A stretch of DNA of 64,000 nucleotides, from assembly GCA_013265495.1 (NCBI GenBank), contig MU058451.1:1526167-1590166 (forward strand). Reading direction: 5' to 3'. Below the pieces are notes generated by a model. The model saw only the letters and a program-made list of their open reading frames with translations. It was not told where the DNA came from and did no database searches. Position numbers and translations under genes: made by a program. The stretch comes from Vicugna vicugna. Lineage: Eukaryota. Shown one piece after another: positions 1 through 12,480 of this stretch (its first letter is position 1; each line of letters opens with the position of its first letter).

Positions 1-137
1 CCACTGGAGGCTACACTACCCGTCAGATGCCTTGGCTCTCTTCCCAGCTCTCCTGCAGAGCTGGTAGTTGGATATACTCATAGAATCCTGTTCAGCAGCA
101 GGTAGAACTCCTCCACAAAAGATGTAACACTTACCTC

Positions 138-333
138 CAGTTGTGCACAGGTAAATGGTTAACAGTGGTGGCTCCGGGGAAGGCCTGGTTTGTGACATTT
201 GCTGATTCAGTGATCTAAGTACTTCACCTTAGCTGATTCAGGCATGGCTGTGTTTAACACATGCTGACAAAATTCCTGAAGATGTGACAATTTCCTATGG
301 GGAGCCAGTACCAGCAGGCTCCAGCACCCCTCT
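138..333. mobile_element. MER63-like hAT relic
   Basis: ggtaaatggttaaca…ggagccagtaccagcaggctccagcacccctctg resembles the recalled consensus ends. Confidence 0.45.
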
Positions 334-639
334 GTAAGTCATCTCCAATGTAAGCATTTGATCATGGAACTACGTTTTTCCCCACGTCCATCTTTTCTTC
401 TAAATTTTAAGCTCTATGAGAAAAGAAACTCCATCTGTCTTATTCACCATGGTAACTCCCATGCCAGGTGCAGTTCTGACACCCAGCAGATGCCTTACAA
501 ATACTTACTAGCTGATGCTTATTGGTGGATGATCTGAGATTTTAAAAAGTTCCCACAAAGGCCCCAGTTCCTTAAATCGTCCAGATTTCTTAAGCTTAGG
601 AAAGTTTGGTGGGTTTTGGTTTTGTTTTTGTTTTCTTGG

Positions 640-1210
640 AGCAGTAGACCGGCGCGGCTCCACAGTTTCAAAGAGCAAGTGTATATTCTCCTAAGCCCGA
701 GATGAACTGGGGCTGGAAGGAAGCAGAGCAGGGCCTACCAACTCAGGTCCCCTGGGTTCAAGGGCTCCTGCCTCCCGCAGCCCGGCCCACTCGCCAGGAG
801 TTGCCCCCATGCCACCCACCCGCCCTCCTGGTTAGTGTCATGAGGAAACTCCCCGCTGTTAGGAGAGCCTTGGCGAGTCAGGGGAGTCCGAACTGGAGGC
901 CCTACCCCGATGACAATTGGGGGGGGCATTCCGGCCTGCGCCATCGGGGGTGGGGGCGGCGGGGATGGGCCGGCGCGGCAGTGCATACCGCTCCGAAAGG
1001 AGGGCTGGGGCACTGCCACTCGGGGACCGGGAGGTGGCGCTCGGCTCGGGTGCAGGGAGGCGGGGCCGATGGCGTGGGCGCAGAATGCTAGTCCCCAGCG
1101 CTGTTTCCCAGGCCACCTGCGAGACCACCTGCAGGACCACCTGCGCGGCCACTAGCCGTCCCTGGAGGTGGGTGGTGATAGGCTGGGGTGCGCTCAGCGT
1201 CGCAGATGAA
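640..1210. promoter_or_regulatory. Orphan CpG island over the proline-rich end of the cTAGE5-like relic
   Basis: High GC with many intact CpGs (ccggcgcggc, cggcgcggc, ggcggcgggg) in otherwise AT-rich DNA. Confidence 0.6.
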
Positions 1211-4200
1211 GTACCAAACTTCTCTCCCCCTTTCAGTTTAGGATTGGTGACATCTCTTTCCTCTAAAAGGCAGCGACCTTCAGGGACCCGCACTTATCCT
1301 TTGGGGATGAAGGGGGTGTTACTTCAGTGGCTTAAAAGGAAACTATCCTTCGTGTTCCAGCTGTCTGCCTGTCCTGCTCCCAACTGCTGTGTGCAGAGCC
1401 TGTGCAGGACGGCAGTGTCAGCTGGGCTTCAGAGCCACGGAAGCTGGCTGAGAGGAAGTGGCCATAGACAGGACATTTCCCCCCAGCCTGGGACCCCAGC
1501 CTGGAGAAAACCTACTTATTTCCTATAGTACCTCCGGCCTGGGAACTTAAAAGTACTAGTGAAGAAACCCTACAGGCCGAGATACCTTGATTCTGTTTCC
1601 AGGGTCCTCACTAGAGGGCCGCTTACTGACCTTTATTTTAGCAAGTTACTGAACTTCTCTGGACCTTAGTTACTTCCCAAAAAAGATGGAGTTGGACCAA
1701 GTGACTGTTAAGGTCCCTTTCAGCTCTGACAATCCAAGATGCCAAGATTCTGCTTCCTGACACTATAAAAATATAACACAATCTCTTCTTTTAGGAATAT
1801 TGTACACTTACAGGGAACAAGACAAATGCCACAGGCTTGCTTCACATATGGCAAAACAAAATTAATAAAATACATATTTAAAAGATTCAGTATGTATTAA
1901 AAGCCCAAGTGCAAAGTGTTTAAAGCATCTGACAAGGAATGGATGACAGCAATCAGATAAATAAATAAAAGGATGAACTGTGTGCCCTCTGTTTCCAAAG
2001 AGCTCTCTTTATGTATAAGTTCTTTGTGTGAAAAAAAAAAAAAAGGAAAAAACCTTTTAAATTAAGGCATATGAATGTAAAAGATTGCAACACAAGGCAG
2101 GACCAAAATGAAGAATAGAGCAACTGAGTGTAATATAGAAGATTGAGACAAAACTATAGTTGCCCTTGGAGAAGGGAAAAAATAATGCCTTTTACATTTT
2201 CTTTGGATTATAGCTAAGACAAGGAAACAGGCAAGAGTGATCAGGTGATTTTTTGCTGTTCTATGTCAAGACTCAAGGCAGTCCAAATATATTCATAATA
2301 CCATTATTATTGACACGCAAGTCCTATTTCCTGATAAGTACTATCATTCACTGCCATCTAGTGTTAACCAGATGAATAAATTTTTTTCCATATTGTTTTT
2401 CCTAAATTCCTTTCCAGTGCTATGTATTCAGATTAAAATGAAGCATGCAAACCATCTCTCTTGAAGATCTAATCTTGTGCTGTGACGTCTGTGTCCTGAA
2501 AATTCTGTGTTTCTCTCCTGTTCCCACCCAGGCACATACTGTGGCTCATAGGCTCGGGTGATTTTCTGTTCATCTCCCCTGGCCCTCCATCACTGGTTTT
2601 AGCCCTCTTTCCATTGATTTTTCCTCCAGACCAAAATAGATGCACTAATTGTTGGGCAGAACATTTGTTGCAGAATGAGAAAGCCTATATCTCACAAATA
2701 AATTGGAGAGATGACTAAGAAAAGTGCTTCTCCATTTTTGCAAGTGAGTTTAAACTTTCACTTTAATAAAACTCCAAATCAAGGGAAGCTTCTTAACTTT
2801 ATATTAAATACTTGAGTTCCAAAGGCTCTGAAATATTTTCTAAAAATCGACCAAACATTATTTAGGTAAACATCAAGTTGCTTTCATGTTTGTCTTGTTA
2901 CTGTAGTAAGTCCATCTCTAAGCATAAATACAAATGGCCTTTATTTCAAATATCTCCAATTGCTCATATAAAATTCCTACTATAGTTGTTCTGCTCAACT
3001 TGTTAAACAAAAAAATCAACAAAATTCTAAACTTTGATGATTTAGAAATAGAATAAAAATAAAATAATTCACTCATAATGTTTAAATTTAAATCATCTAT
3101 ATTTATAAAACACTATCTTAAGAATGATAATTCTATCAAGCTTCATTTTGAATAATTTGCATAATCCCTAAATAGTAGTAAAACCAAAGTATAGACAATC
3201 TAAAGTCCCATTTTATAAGAGATAAAAACTATTGCTGTGTTCTTGGATCTTCAGAAGTAAGTTTATCGGAAGGTTGAATTAACTTCTGCAGCTAGTATGT
3301 AGGGACAGGAAAACAAACTCAGCATTTGGTGAAGACATTTTATATTGATAACAGAAGACGTGTTGGAGCAGGAAAATCCCTTGTTCTGTTCACTTAGTTC
3401 ATTCACTCCTTTCTTCTCTATTTCCACTTCCTGATAAAGCAGATTTATGCATTCCTGAAGATGGAGATTTTCATCCAAACCCTCTTTTATGGCTTCCTTA
3501 AGCTGTTCTCCTTTCTTCTGACATATTTGTAAGGCCGTTTTGACTGTAACCACTTGAGACTCGATTTTAATTCAACTTCTCATATCTGGAGTAAATCCTT
3601 TCTGCAAAGTCATCCATTAGTTCAGCAGTCAATGGGATTCCTTTAGTAGCTGATTACCTTGGAGGAATCTGTGCATACATTTATAGAATATGGATCTTAA
3701 TCCCTAATTCACTTGAAACTGATTTTGGGCTCCATGAAAGAAGGAACTATATCTGTGTTTCTCACTGCTGTTGCCCCCACACCTAGTGCAGGCCTAGGGC
3801 AGAGTAGGCACTCATAAATATCTGTTATGTGAATGAATAAATGAAACTTTCTCAGACACTTCAAAGAGCTTTCACACCTATTTCATCTTTTTCTTTGACA
3901 TCAACAGGTCAAGATTTATCCCCGTTGCATAGGTGAGGATACTGAAATCCAGTGAAGTCCCTAGTCTCTCGGACTAGGTCCTGCTCTCGTCTGGGAACCT
4001 AATTTTGGCACCTGTGCTACCCCAGCAGCTGCTACTTTCTGTTGGCTGCCCTGGCCTAGCAGGCTCTTCTCTACTGGTTCCTTGGCAACTATGTTTTAAT
4101 AACCTTTGTGGGTCACACAATTCATAAACGTAGAGCTGGGATTAGGCTAATGGAGGTGCGATAAGATTCTCCCACAATATTTCTCCCAATGATTCATTAC

Positions 4201-5454
4201 TACCAGTTATAGCTTGACACATTTTGATAACTTATTTGAAAGAAAAAGGTTAATAACTCATGAATTCCTTATAGATCAAAACCCTTATCAGTGTAAAGCA
4301 GTATTTTTGTCTAATTTTATAGTTTTTCCCTTGAGTTCTTTGTGCTAAATTGATCTCGTCACTCTTGTTTACATTTTACATTTACTTTTGCTCATCTTTC
4401 TGTAATACTGGTTTAGATTATTCTCTACTAATTACATTTCTTAACCCAAATGGAGAGTATCTTGCCTTTTATATCTGTTATCAGAATTGATAGGTTTTAT
4501 TTTATTTATGTTGTTAATGATTTGGGATTTTCATGGGTCTTGATGTTCTCCCTTTTTTAAAAGCTTTTCTTATGTTGTTTGTTTTGTTTATTTTCCTCTT
4601 TATTTTAGTGTGTTCTTAGATATTCTGTTTAAATTATGTTTGTGGTTACTTAATTTTTGAAAGAAATAATCTAACCTATACTTTAGTTTCAAATGTCAGG
4701 TGTGAAATAGTATCTTTAACTTTGATTTGAATAGAATTGACTCCTTGCTAGAACAATGAGTGATGTAGTATGTTTATGTAGTATGTTTACTATCCCCAGT
4801 TCACAACCCAGTTCATAACTGTGAAATGCAAACCATTTGACTTTTTTTTATAGTTGCCTGAGCTGTCAGTGATTAATACAGAAAATATAATCTAGGTTAC
4901 ATAGTGCTGGCTGGGTCTTTGAAATGTACACAGTGGAAATTTACAAAAGGGTTAGCCATTTTCCCATAAACATATGTATCTTGTGTCATATACATCCATG
5001 CTATGGTGTTCCTGATCTCTTGGAACGTTTGTTAATTAGTGAGAATTCATAGGTGTCTCTTGTTCCAAATTTGAACTCTGGCATGGTCAATTAAAAATGA
5101 GTTTTAAAACATCATAAAACAACTATCCAGTGCCCAGTAGGACCTTAGGAAACATTCTTCTCTTGGTATTTCAGCCCTGTGTTTTATTGTTCCTGTCTTA
5201 TCTGGTGGAATTGTCGCACATGTCAAATGTACTCCTCATTATGGTGAAAAATGAAACAAAAGGTGCTTTTTTTCCATTACCTTATATCCTGAAATAGCCA
5301 AAATATATACACACGGCACCAGAAGAACAGAGAGTTTGCCTCTTTCTAACCCATTTTAAAAGTGCAGTGCAGACAGGCTAAATCCAGCTGGGAATTCTGT
5401 GGGTCACAAGTGTCATTAGCAGTGCAGAGTTGAAGACCCTGTCTGGGACTGACT
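735..5454 (-). pseudogene. Decayed cTAGE5/MIA2 (TANGO1-family)-derived sequence: TM-like, coiled-coil and proline-rich remnants
   Basis: Colinear matches to recalled cTAGE5: ELMDDFAERIYS (3588-3623) vs ELMADISKRIQS; SQVVTVKTALQICQKKGEQLKEAIKEGLDENLHLQE...VNELSEQ vs [36 protein letters not shown]...VSELNKQ; AAEVNSTFR vs AAKLNASLK; AHSSW (1380-1394) vs AHDNW; LLEERDVTN vs LLEKDPYALDVPN; LSPPT (1167-1181) identical; then a PPP-rich tail. Multiple frameshifts and stops. Confidence 0.72.
3263..3668 (-). pseudogene. Best-preserved coiled-coil segment of the cTAGE5-like relic
   Basis: Provided ORF 3263-3553 plus an upstream frameshifted ELMDDFAERIYS. Preceded by an acceptor-like GCACAG ending at 3669. 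Confidence 0.75.
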
Positions 5455-6512
5455 CTGCAGAATATTTACATGGTAAAGTTAAGCTAGAAGTGTATTTTTG
5501 TTTGTGTTGACTTAAATCTTCTTCTTAGAAGGTTATGATAGCTACTAAATGACAAAGATTAATTTTTTTTATCAGCGATACACTCTTTGTTTAATTCAGA
5601 AGCATCTGATACTTTCATCTTAATAATATTTTTAAGTTAGACACATAAAATTCTGTATAATAACACAAGAGCCCAAATGCATAGTCATGGTTTGCCATTT
5701 ACCCATTTGATCTGTGTCATTTGAAATGTACTATTTAAACCTGATTTTACATTTCAAAAGTTATCTTCAGTAATAACTCAGTATATTCACTTATAAACAG
5801 TTCCTAGAATGTCATTTTTCAAAATATGGAGATATTTGTATATAGCCATGTGAACTTAAATTCTGCAGCCAGTTACTGTTTTCTGATACTGTGTATATAT
5901 ATATATATGTATATATATATATAAAACTATATATATACATGTGATATTTTCTATGATGATAGTTTCTTTAAGTATTTATTTAAAAGAAAATGTTAACAAT
6001 AAATGAAAGCATTTTAAATTGTACTTATTTTTGCAGTTGCCATTCTGAGTGGTTTAATCAAAACACCCACACTGACTTCTTCCCCACTTTTTCCCGCTTG
6101 TCCTTTCCCAGCAGGTCGGGATCTGAATCTTAGGAAACGTTTTATTCAAGCAGCACAGCTGTTGCCCATCATGAAAGGCCTTCTCCATGTTTTTACTCTA
6201 GTTTCATGCTTTTCAAATTATAAACAACCTTAAAAACTAAAAATAGAACAGAATGACTCTTTTAAACAACTCAGAACTTTTTTTTTTTTTTGCCCTATTT
6301 TATTTTGTTTTTAAAGTGGGTTTTGGTACCAATCTTGGGGAAAACTAGAAGCAGCAATTCAGCTTTTCACAGGTATTTCTCTCACTGAACCTCCACCCGG
6401 AAAGAACATCAGGGAAGCCCTGGGTATTATATTCATAACAAGGAAGGCACCGTCTTTTGATGTTTCTTATTATAAATGCTAGGACTTAAAATGGCAGTAT
6501 GAGACATACGTC

Positions 6513-6553
6513 AAATTTTCACAAATTTTCACAAAATTTCACAAAATTTTCAC
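6513..6553. repeat. Short tandem repeat, aaattttcac(a) x4
   Basis: caaattttcacaaattttcacaaaatttcacaaaattttcaca. Confidence 0.85.
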
Positions 6554-8634
6554 AGAATTCAGTTTTTTTCCCACCTTGCTTTTCTTTAGAGTTAAAATAT
6601 ATACTGCCTGAAAAACTACTTAAATTGAAACTGCTTTAAAAACTTAACATTTTGGAAAATTAGACCTGTCACATAGACAGTGCAGTCATACTAAGAAACT
6701 AACGTATTCCATGTTTCAAAGTTCTGTGGACTGTCATTCATCAGTTTATGGAAACTTCCAAAATCCATGATCTGCCATTTATTAACAGTGTCATCTACCA
6801 GCTTGGGTCCAGTTCTTTTCAAGGAGTGAGTTTTCAGAGTAACGACGTGTGGTGGAAATTGCACCCATTTTTACAGGCAGTTCAGTATTGCAGTTCTCAG
6901 GACTCCCCTGGTTTCTGTAGCACACTCTGCATTTGAAAGGCAAGACCCTTCAGGCCATCATGCTGCCTGCGGGCCACTCAATTCTGCTGGGGTGGAAGAA
7001 ACTTTGAGTCCCTTGCTGAAGACCGCAGTTTGGCTTACTGGTTTTTTTCCTTCACAGGACCTAACCTGTATCTCAATGGCTGGGGACATCACCTAGCATC
7101 ACAGTAAACTTGGGACTTGCAGATTTATCTGGTTGTAAAAGATTTTGGGTCTTTTCTGAAAGTAGAGATGTCTGTATTCTTCATCCCGAGTTCTTGCTTT
7201 GTTTCCACGACTCTCTTTCCTCATACAGCGTCAGCTTCTTCAGAATCAGTGCTCTGTGTCTGCACAGCAGTGGTTCTCGGCTGATGTGTGCAATTTTTGC
7301 CTTTACTGAGTCAATTTGTAGACAGGAAAACAGTTGCCTTTAAGCCACCTGATTTTCCCCCCATACTTTCTTCTTTTTGTCAAAGTCCTTAAGTAGAGAT
7401 TAAACTGAGGATCGTGCCTTGCCCTTGGACCACATCTGCAGCAGGTCTTGGTGAGGTATTTGAATTTTGAAAGCAACCATTTCTCTGGGGCTATAGAAGA
7501 GTTGGTTGTGATTCTCACAGATTCTTGAGCTTCGGTATTGCTTCAAAATCAGATTGTTGCCAGCTTGTTTAGAAGGTGCAAGTGAGACCTTCCCTTCAGG
7601 TTTTGCTGGTACTGACATACTGTCCTTTCTGTCCATAAGCCATAGCCACCCTTCTCCTCCTTCCTTTCTCCATCAATTTTTAAAAACAACTGAACACCTG
7701 ATGTTACCACTGGTAACTTTCTCTTCTGAGAGTTTTCTTCCTCAATACTCATTTTTTTTTCATATTTGGTTCTAGAGAGAGGATTATATTTTCTTTAAGC
7801 TGCTAAGTACTTTTGATTCACATAAAAGTACCATTTTATACACCTGGTTGTTCTGCATTTCTATTTATTAGAAGCCTAAATACTGTAGCGTTGCAACTGC
7901 AACTGAGGTCTGCTTACATTACTACCACCATCTACCTTTGCCCTTGCAAGTTACCAATAAATTTCAGTTAAAAAGGTGCAGAATCACTGTAGATTTTCCT
8001 AAGACAAAGGATCCTCCTGCAGGAAATGGAGATCTCCAGTGACATCCTCTGTTCCTGTTAAGCATCAAGTACACCTCTAGAGAGCACTGGTTTAATTGTT
8101 GACCTTAGTTGGGTTGCAGCTCTGATAGCCTAAGTGTGCTTTTGCATGCTCAGTACCTGTGGAAGTGCTCGAATCCCTTTTTTGGGGAAGTCTACAGTTA
8201 GAAATTGCAAGGGTTAGCCCGCAGCTTCCCTTCTGGGAAGGGAAGAAGCTTCAGGCAAAAGAAACTGCTTTGCCTGAAGGCATGTCAGTATCAATGACTT
8301 GGCAGAGACTTCAGACTAGAGGGTTCTATTATAAAGAGTTCTATTGTAACAGAATGAAGTTTGGCCCATCATAAAGCCACAGAGTGAGCAGAACTGTGAC
8401 AATCCTTAGAATCAGAGGGAGGTCCTCTGTCAACTGACTCTGATTACTTTTAAGGCACCATTTCCACAAGGTCATCTAGAGGTTTCCCAGCTCCTGATTC
8501 TTCTAATGTCCCGGTAATGGTACTCTGGATCTTGCAGTCAAGAAGGTGCAGGGTTGCAGGGTTGGTGGCTTGATACCTGAGATTACTGGCCCCTCTCTCA
8601 GCCCTGGCCCACACGTGCTGCATGTACTGGCTAA

Positions 8635-8945
8635 TTTTTTTTTAATTGAGGTACAGCTGATTTACAATATTATGTTAGTTTCAGGTATACAACATAGTGA
8701 TTCAATATTTTTATAGATTATACTCCACTTAAAGTGACTACAAAACAATGGCTATATTTCCCTGTGCTGTACAATTTATCTTTGTTGCTGATTTATTTTA
8801 TTCATGTTAGTTTGTATCTCTTAATCCCATACTGCTGTCTTGCCTTTACCCCTTCCCTCTCCCCATTGGTAACCACTAGTTTGTTCTCTGTATCTGTGAA
8901 TCTGTATCTGTTTAGTTGTATTATTTTTTAGAGTCCACTTATAAA
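8635..8945 (-). mobile_element. LINE-1 3' end
   Basis: T-run then aattgaggtacagctgatttacaatattatgttagtttcagg…ggtaaccactagtttgttctctgtatctgtgaatctg. Confidence 0.85.
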
Positions 8946-8983
8946 CTAGGTTTTTTTTTTAAGTTAAACATCTCTTAGGTGTT

Positions 8984-9220
8984 CAGTTGACCTTTGTACA
9001 GTGTGGGAGGGGGTGGCATTAGGGACACTGTCCACAGTCCAAAATCCTGGTATAGCTTATAGTCTGCCCTCCCCAGGCAGTGGTTCCTCCACATCTGTAA
9101 CTCTGCATTCTCAATTCTACCAGTCTTAGATGGTGCACTACTATAATATTTACTATTGAAAAAATCCATATAGCAGTGGACCCTTGCAGTTCAAACCTGC
9201 ATTGCTCCAAAGGTCAACTG
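8984..9220. mobile_element. Tigger2-family MITE (MER8-like)
   Basis: Terminal inverted repeats CAGTTGACCT…AGGTCAACTG followed by TA; 237 bp. Confidence 0.8.
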
Positions 9221-10139
9221 TATTTTGTCAGGGTTGAAAGAGTCTCTTCATTTTTAGACAATGATTATTTGTTTTGGGAGGATGCAAGTAATCTCCAGAC
9301 TGCCTTCAAATCTCATCACCCTTAAAAAAAATCAGCCTTTAAAATCTGCAGCCTAAACACATTTAGAAGATAGAAAAAGAGCCTGGAAAATTCTAATATT
9401 TACTGATATTTATATTTAGTCTTCAGGTGGTATGTTTTAGTTTCACCATCTTATTATAAATCACCATCACTTGAAATAGCTTTCAGACTAGTGAAAGGAC
9501 TATCTAGGTATCTATTTTAGTCATATGAAAGAAGCAATTTACCCATTTGAGCTTTTACAACTTACAGAATGTCACTCATGATCTGGTAAGATAGTGAAGT
9601 CATATCACGTGCATGAATTAAATTATATTTGGGAAATTTAGGAAACTGGGAAAAAATCTGGAATATGGCTGAATTTTTTAAGATAGTCCATATATAGTTC
9701 TTAAATTTCTCAGTTTGTATATAAAGGGAAAAATGCTTTAAATAAATGGTTATTCTTCCAGATCTTTGTAAATGATTTGCTCTTCCATAGTGACTAGTGT
9801 TTATACTGAGATATTGCCAATTCACTTTTCCAAGCATTTTACCTACATTAACTTATTTCATCCTCAGCACAACTCTCTAAGGTATGTGCTTTTAATATCC
9901 CCCTTTAATGGAGAGTTTAGGCACATCTCTCGTTCAGGATCACACAACTAAGAAGCAGCTGGACTTGGAAATGCCTCAGGCAGCCTGACTGCATGGCCAA
10001 AGCGCTTATTTTCATTGAGCTTCTGGTGTCCCCTGTCTCCCAACCTTTAAGTGCGCTTGCCTTTGAATGTTACATCACAAACACCCACCCGGCAATCTTT
10101 CAAGGTAAAGTCCCAGAGGAAAAGTGATCTTTTGTCTGA

Positions 10140-10385
10140 TTTTTATTTCAGAGACAGTATAGCTTCATGATAGGAACACAGAATCAGGAGGAGACTGGTG
10201 AGTTCACATCTCAGCAGTGTGACCCTAAACAAGTTACTCCATCTGGAAGTGTCATGATTTCTTTCATAAAACAAGGATGTTGGTAGTAACAGTACCCACC
10301 ACATATGGTTGCTTTGAGGGTCAAGTGAGATGATACACAGCATTTGGAGCAGTGCCTGACACAGAGTAAATACTTCATAAGCCTT
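10140..10385 (+). mobile_element. MIR SINE
   Basis: gtgtgaccctaaacaagttact…taacagtacccaccacatatggttg…cagtgcctgacacagagtaaatacttcataa. Confidence 0.7.
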
Positions 10386-10459
10386 TTTCTTTTTATTCTT
10401 ATTTCATCTACTCATATCAAAATGTCTGCAATGGTTTAAAAACACATGACAGTGATTTT

Positions 10460-10760
10460 TCTTTTTTTAATTGTAATTGATTCACAGTGTTGTGTTAATT
10501 TCAAAGTGATTCAGTTTTATATATTTATTCTTTTTCAGATGCTTTTCTATTATAGGTTATTATAAGATACTGGAATTAGTTCCCTGTGCCATAGAGTAGG
10601 TCCTTATTGTTTATCTGTTGTATGTATAGTAGTTTGTATCTACTGATCCCAAGCTCCTAATTTACCCCTTCCCCTCCTTTCCCCCTTGGGTAACCATAAA
10701 TTTGTTTTCTGTGTCTGCAAGTCTGTTTCTGTTTTGTAAGTAAGTTCATTTGTATTTTTC
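10460..10760 (-). mobile_element. LINE-1 3' end
   Basis: ttttttaattg…gtgttgtgttaatttc…agttccctgtgccatagagtaggtcctt…ggtaaccataaatttgttttct. Confidence 0.8.
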
Positions 10761-11865
10761 TTAAACTCACTGCAGTAGTACATCTACTGAAGTAGGTACT
10801 CTGCATGCACAATATTGCCCAGTCCTGTGCCACCACAGGAAAATACGTTCCTGTCGCCATTTTAAGAGATGTGGAAACATCCACCCACTCAACCGAGAGG
10901 AGTCAGAGTCAGCATTAAGGTTCAAGTTGTCTTATTGCAGAGCACACACTCTATGGCCCATGCTAGGCATAGTTACAAACCATTGAACAAAAAACAGATT
11001 GAAGGAGTGAAAAAAGGCAGAAAAATGGTGTTTCAGTGTCTCTTCCACCAGTTAGAGGGAAATCATTTAACTTCTCTAGGACACAGGGTCCAAAGTTGGA
11101 GGACTATGAGGACTGTGAAAGGACCATTTGTTCCCATGATCAGGACACCCCTGGCTATTGCTCCTGTATTGTGAATTTCCAGCCTCTGTATTTAAAGGAA
11201 AACAAAGGCCAAAGATCCTTCTCTTCATACCAAAGATTAAGGCACATACAGCATAGCTTCTAAGCTGTCTGTTCTGTTGGACCACAAAGGTCAAAATGCC
11301 TTTTTTTCACATTACATACTGTCCTTCAGCATTCTGGCTCTTTATGTGAGTATGAGTATGTTTGTTTGAGGATGTCTGTGATAGCAGGAGGGGGGGCCAC
11401 CGGTGTGTCCATCTCTGGAGCAGAGATGAATCCAGTGTTGGGGAGCCCAGAAGTCCTGTACGAAAAAGGCAGATGGCACCTCAGTTGTATCTTGTAGACA
11501 TAATGTCCAGTGGGAAGAAGTAAGAAAGAGAAAGAGCGAACAAGAGCCACTGAGTAGCAACACACCAATGTAAAGAAGAACGCACCCAAAACAACACGGT
11601 CGACAAAATGCAAGGAGACCTACGTCGCTGAAGACATTCATTAGAGAGGGTGTTTCTGGGGGTAGTGAGGGAATAAACATGAGGACCGGGGTGAAAGGGA
11701 AAATAAAACAAGAGAGGACCTTGAAGAGATCCATGATGAGGCGTTTGATTGATTCAGACTTTGTACTGGACATCCATATGTGATGGAGATGTCACTGCAA
11801 ATCTCAAAAACCTAATGCAATAAAAGGCTTACACAATAATCCCTGGGGTGAGTACAGATTTTACA

Positions 11866-12090
11866 TTTATTATGATCACTGGCAAGCAAAAAACAGAAAC
11901 AGCATACACTCTACATAGTAAAAGTCATACATAAGGGTTATAAATTTAAAGTGACATCAGGTCTGCTAGGAGCAGTGGGAACAGCAGGGGGATTTATTCT
12001 GGTCAGAACAGAGCACACAGGGTTCCACTCACAGGTTCTTCCAACACACACAAGTATACCAAGTGGTAGGACCTAGTACAGTACTTTATT
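11866..12090 (-). terminator. Candidate TRPA1 polyadenylation signals
   Basis: Minus-strand AATAAA at 12085-12090, 11993-11998 and 11866-11871, about 400-620 nt after the stop. Which is used cannot be determined from sequence. Confidence 0.45.
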
Positions 12091-12480
12091 GTGTAATGCA
12101 TTTACCTACCATATAAATGTTAAGCAGGGATCCAGTACTGACGTTTGTATTCTAGCTTAATAGTTACATGTATTACTCCTTATCATTAAAACTGTGTCTT
12201 TTAGTAAATTAGTTTTCTGCCCATTCAGATAATGAGAGGTAAAGTCCAACCTGAACTTCAATCAGCAAGGATATTCCGTGTACATAGTGACTGGCAGAAA
12301 ATAAGAAGAGAGTGAGCCTATGTTTTATACAGATTGCAGGGACCATGATTTTATATGTAGTGAAATCAGAATTGTATGTCTGCTTTTTCCTCCCTCTTTC
12401 CAAATTGAAACTTAGACGCAGTAAGTCAGGCCACGCCCCCCCAGCGGGTGCCCCGTTGCAGGCGTGGATAACTATCCATG

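Noticed and set aside
702..1528. Several overlapping plus-strand ORFs of 81-203 aa
   Set aside because: Explained by high GC content and by being antisense to the cTAGE5-like proline-rich relic.
11342..11773. 143-aa hydrophobic ATG ORF just downstream of TRPA1
   Set aside because: No recognisable homology or exon structure, and overlapping ORFs in other frames point to compositional (pyrimidine-rich) openness.
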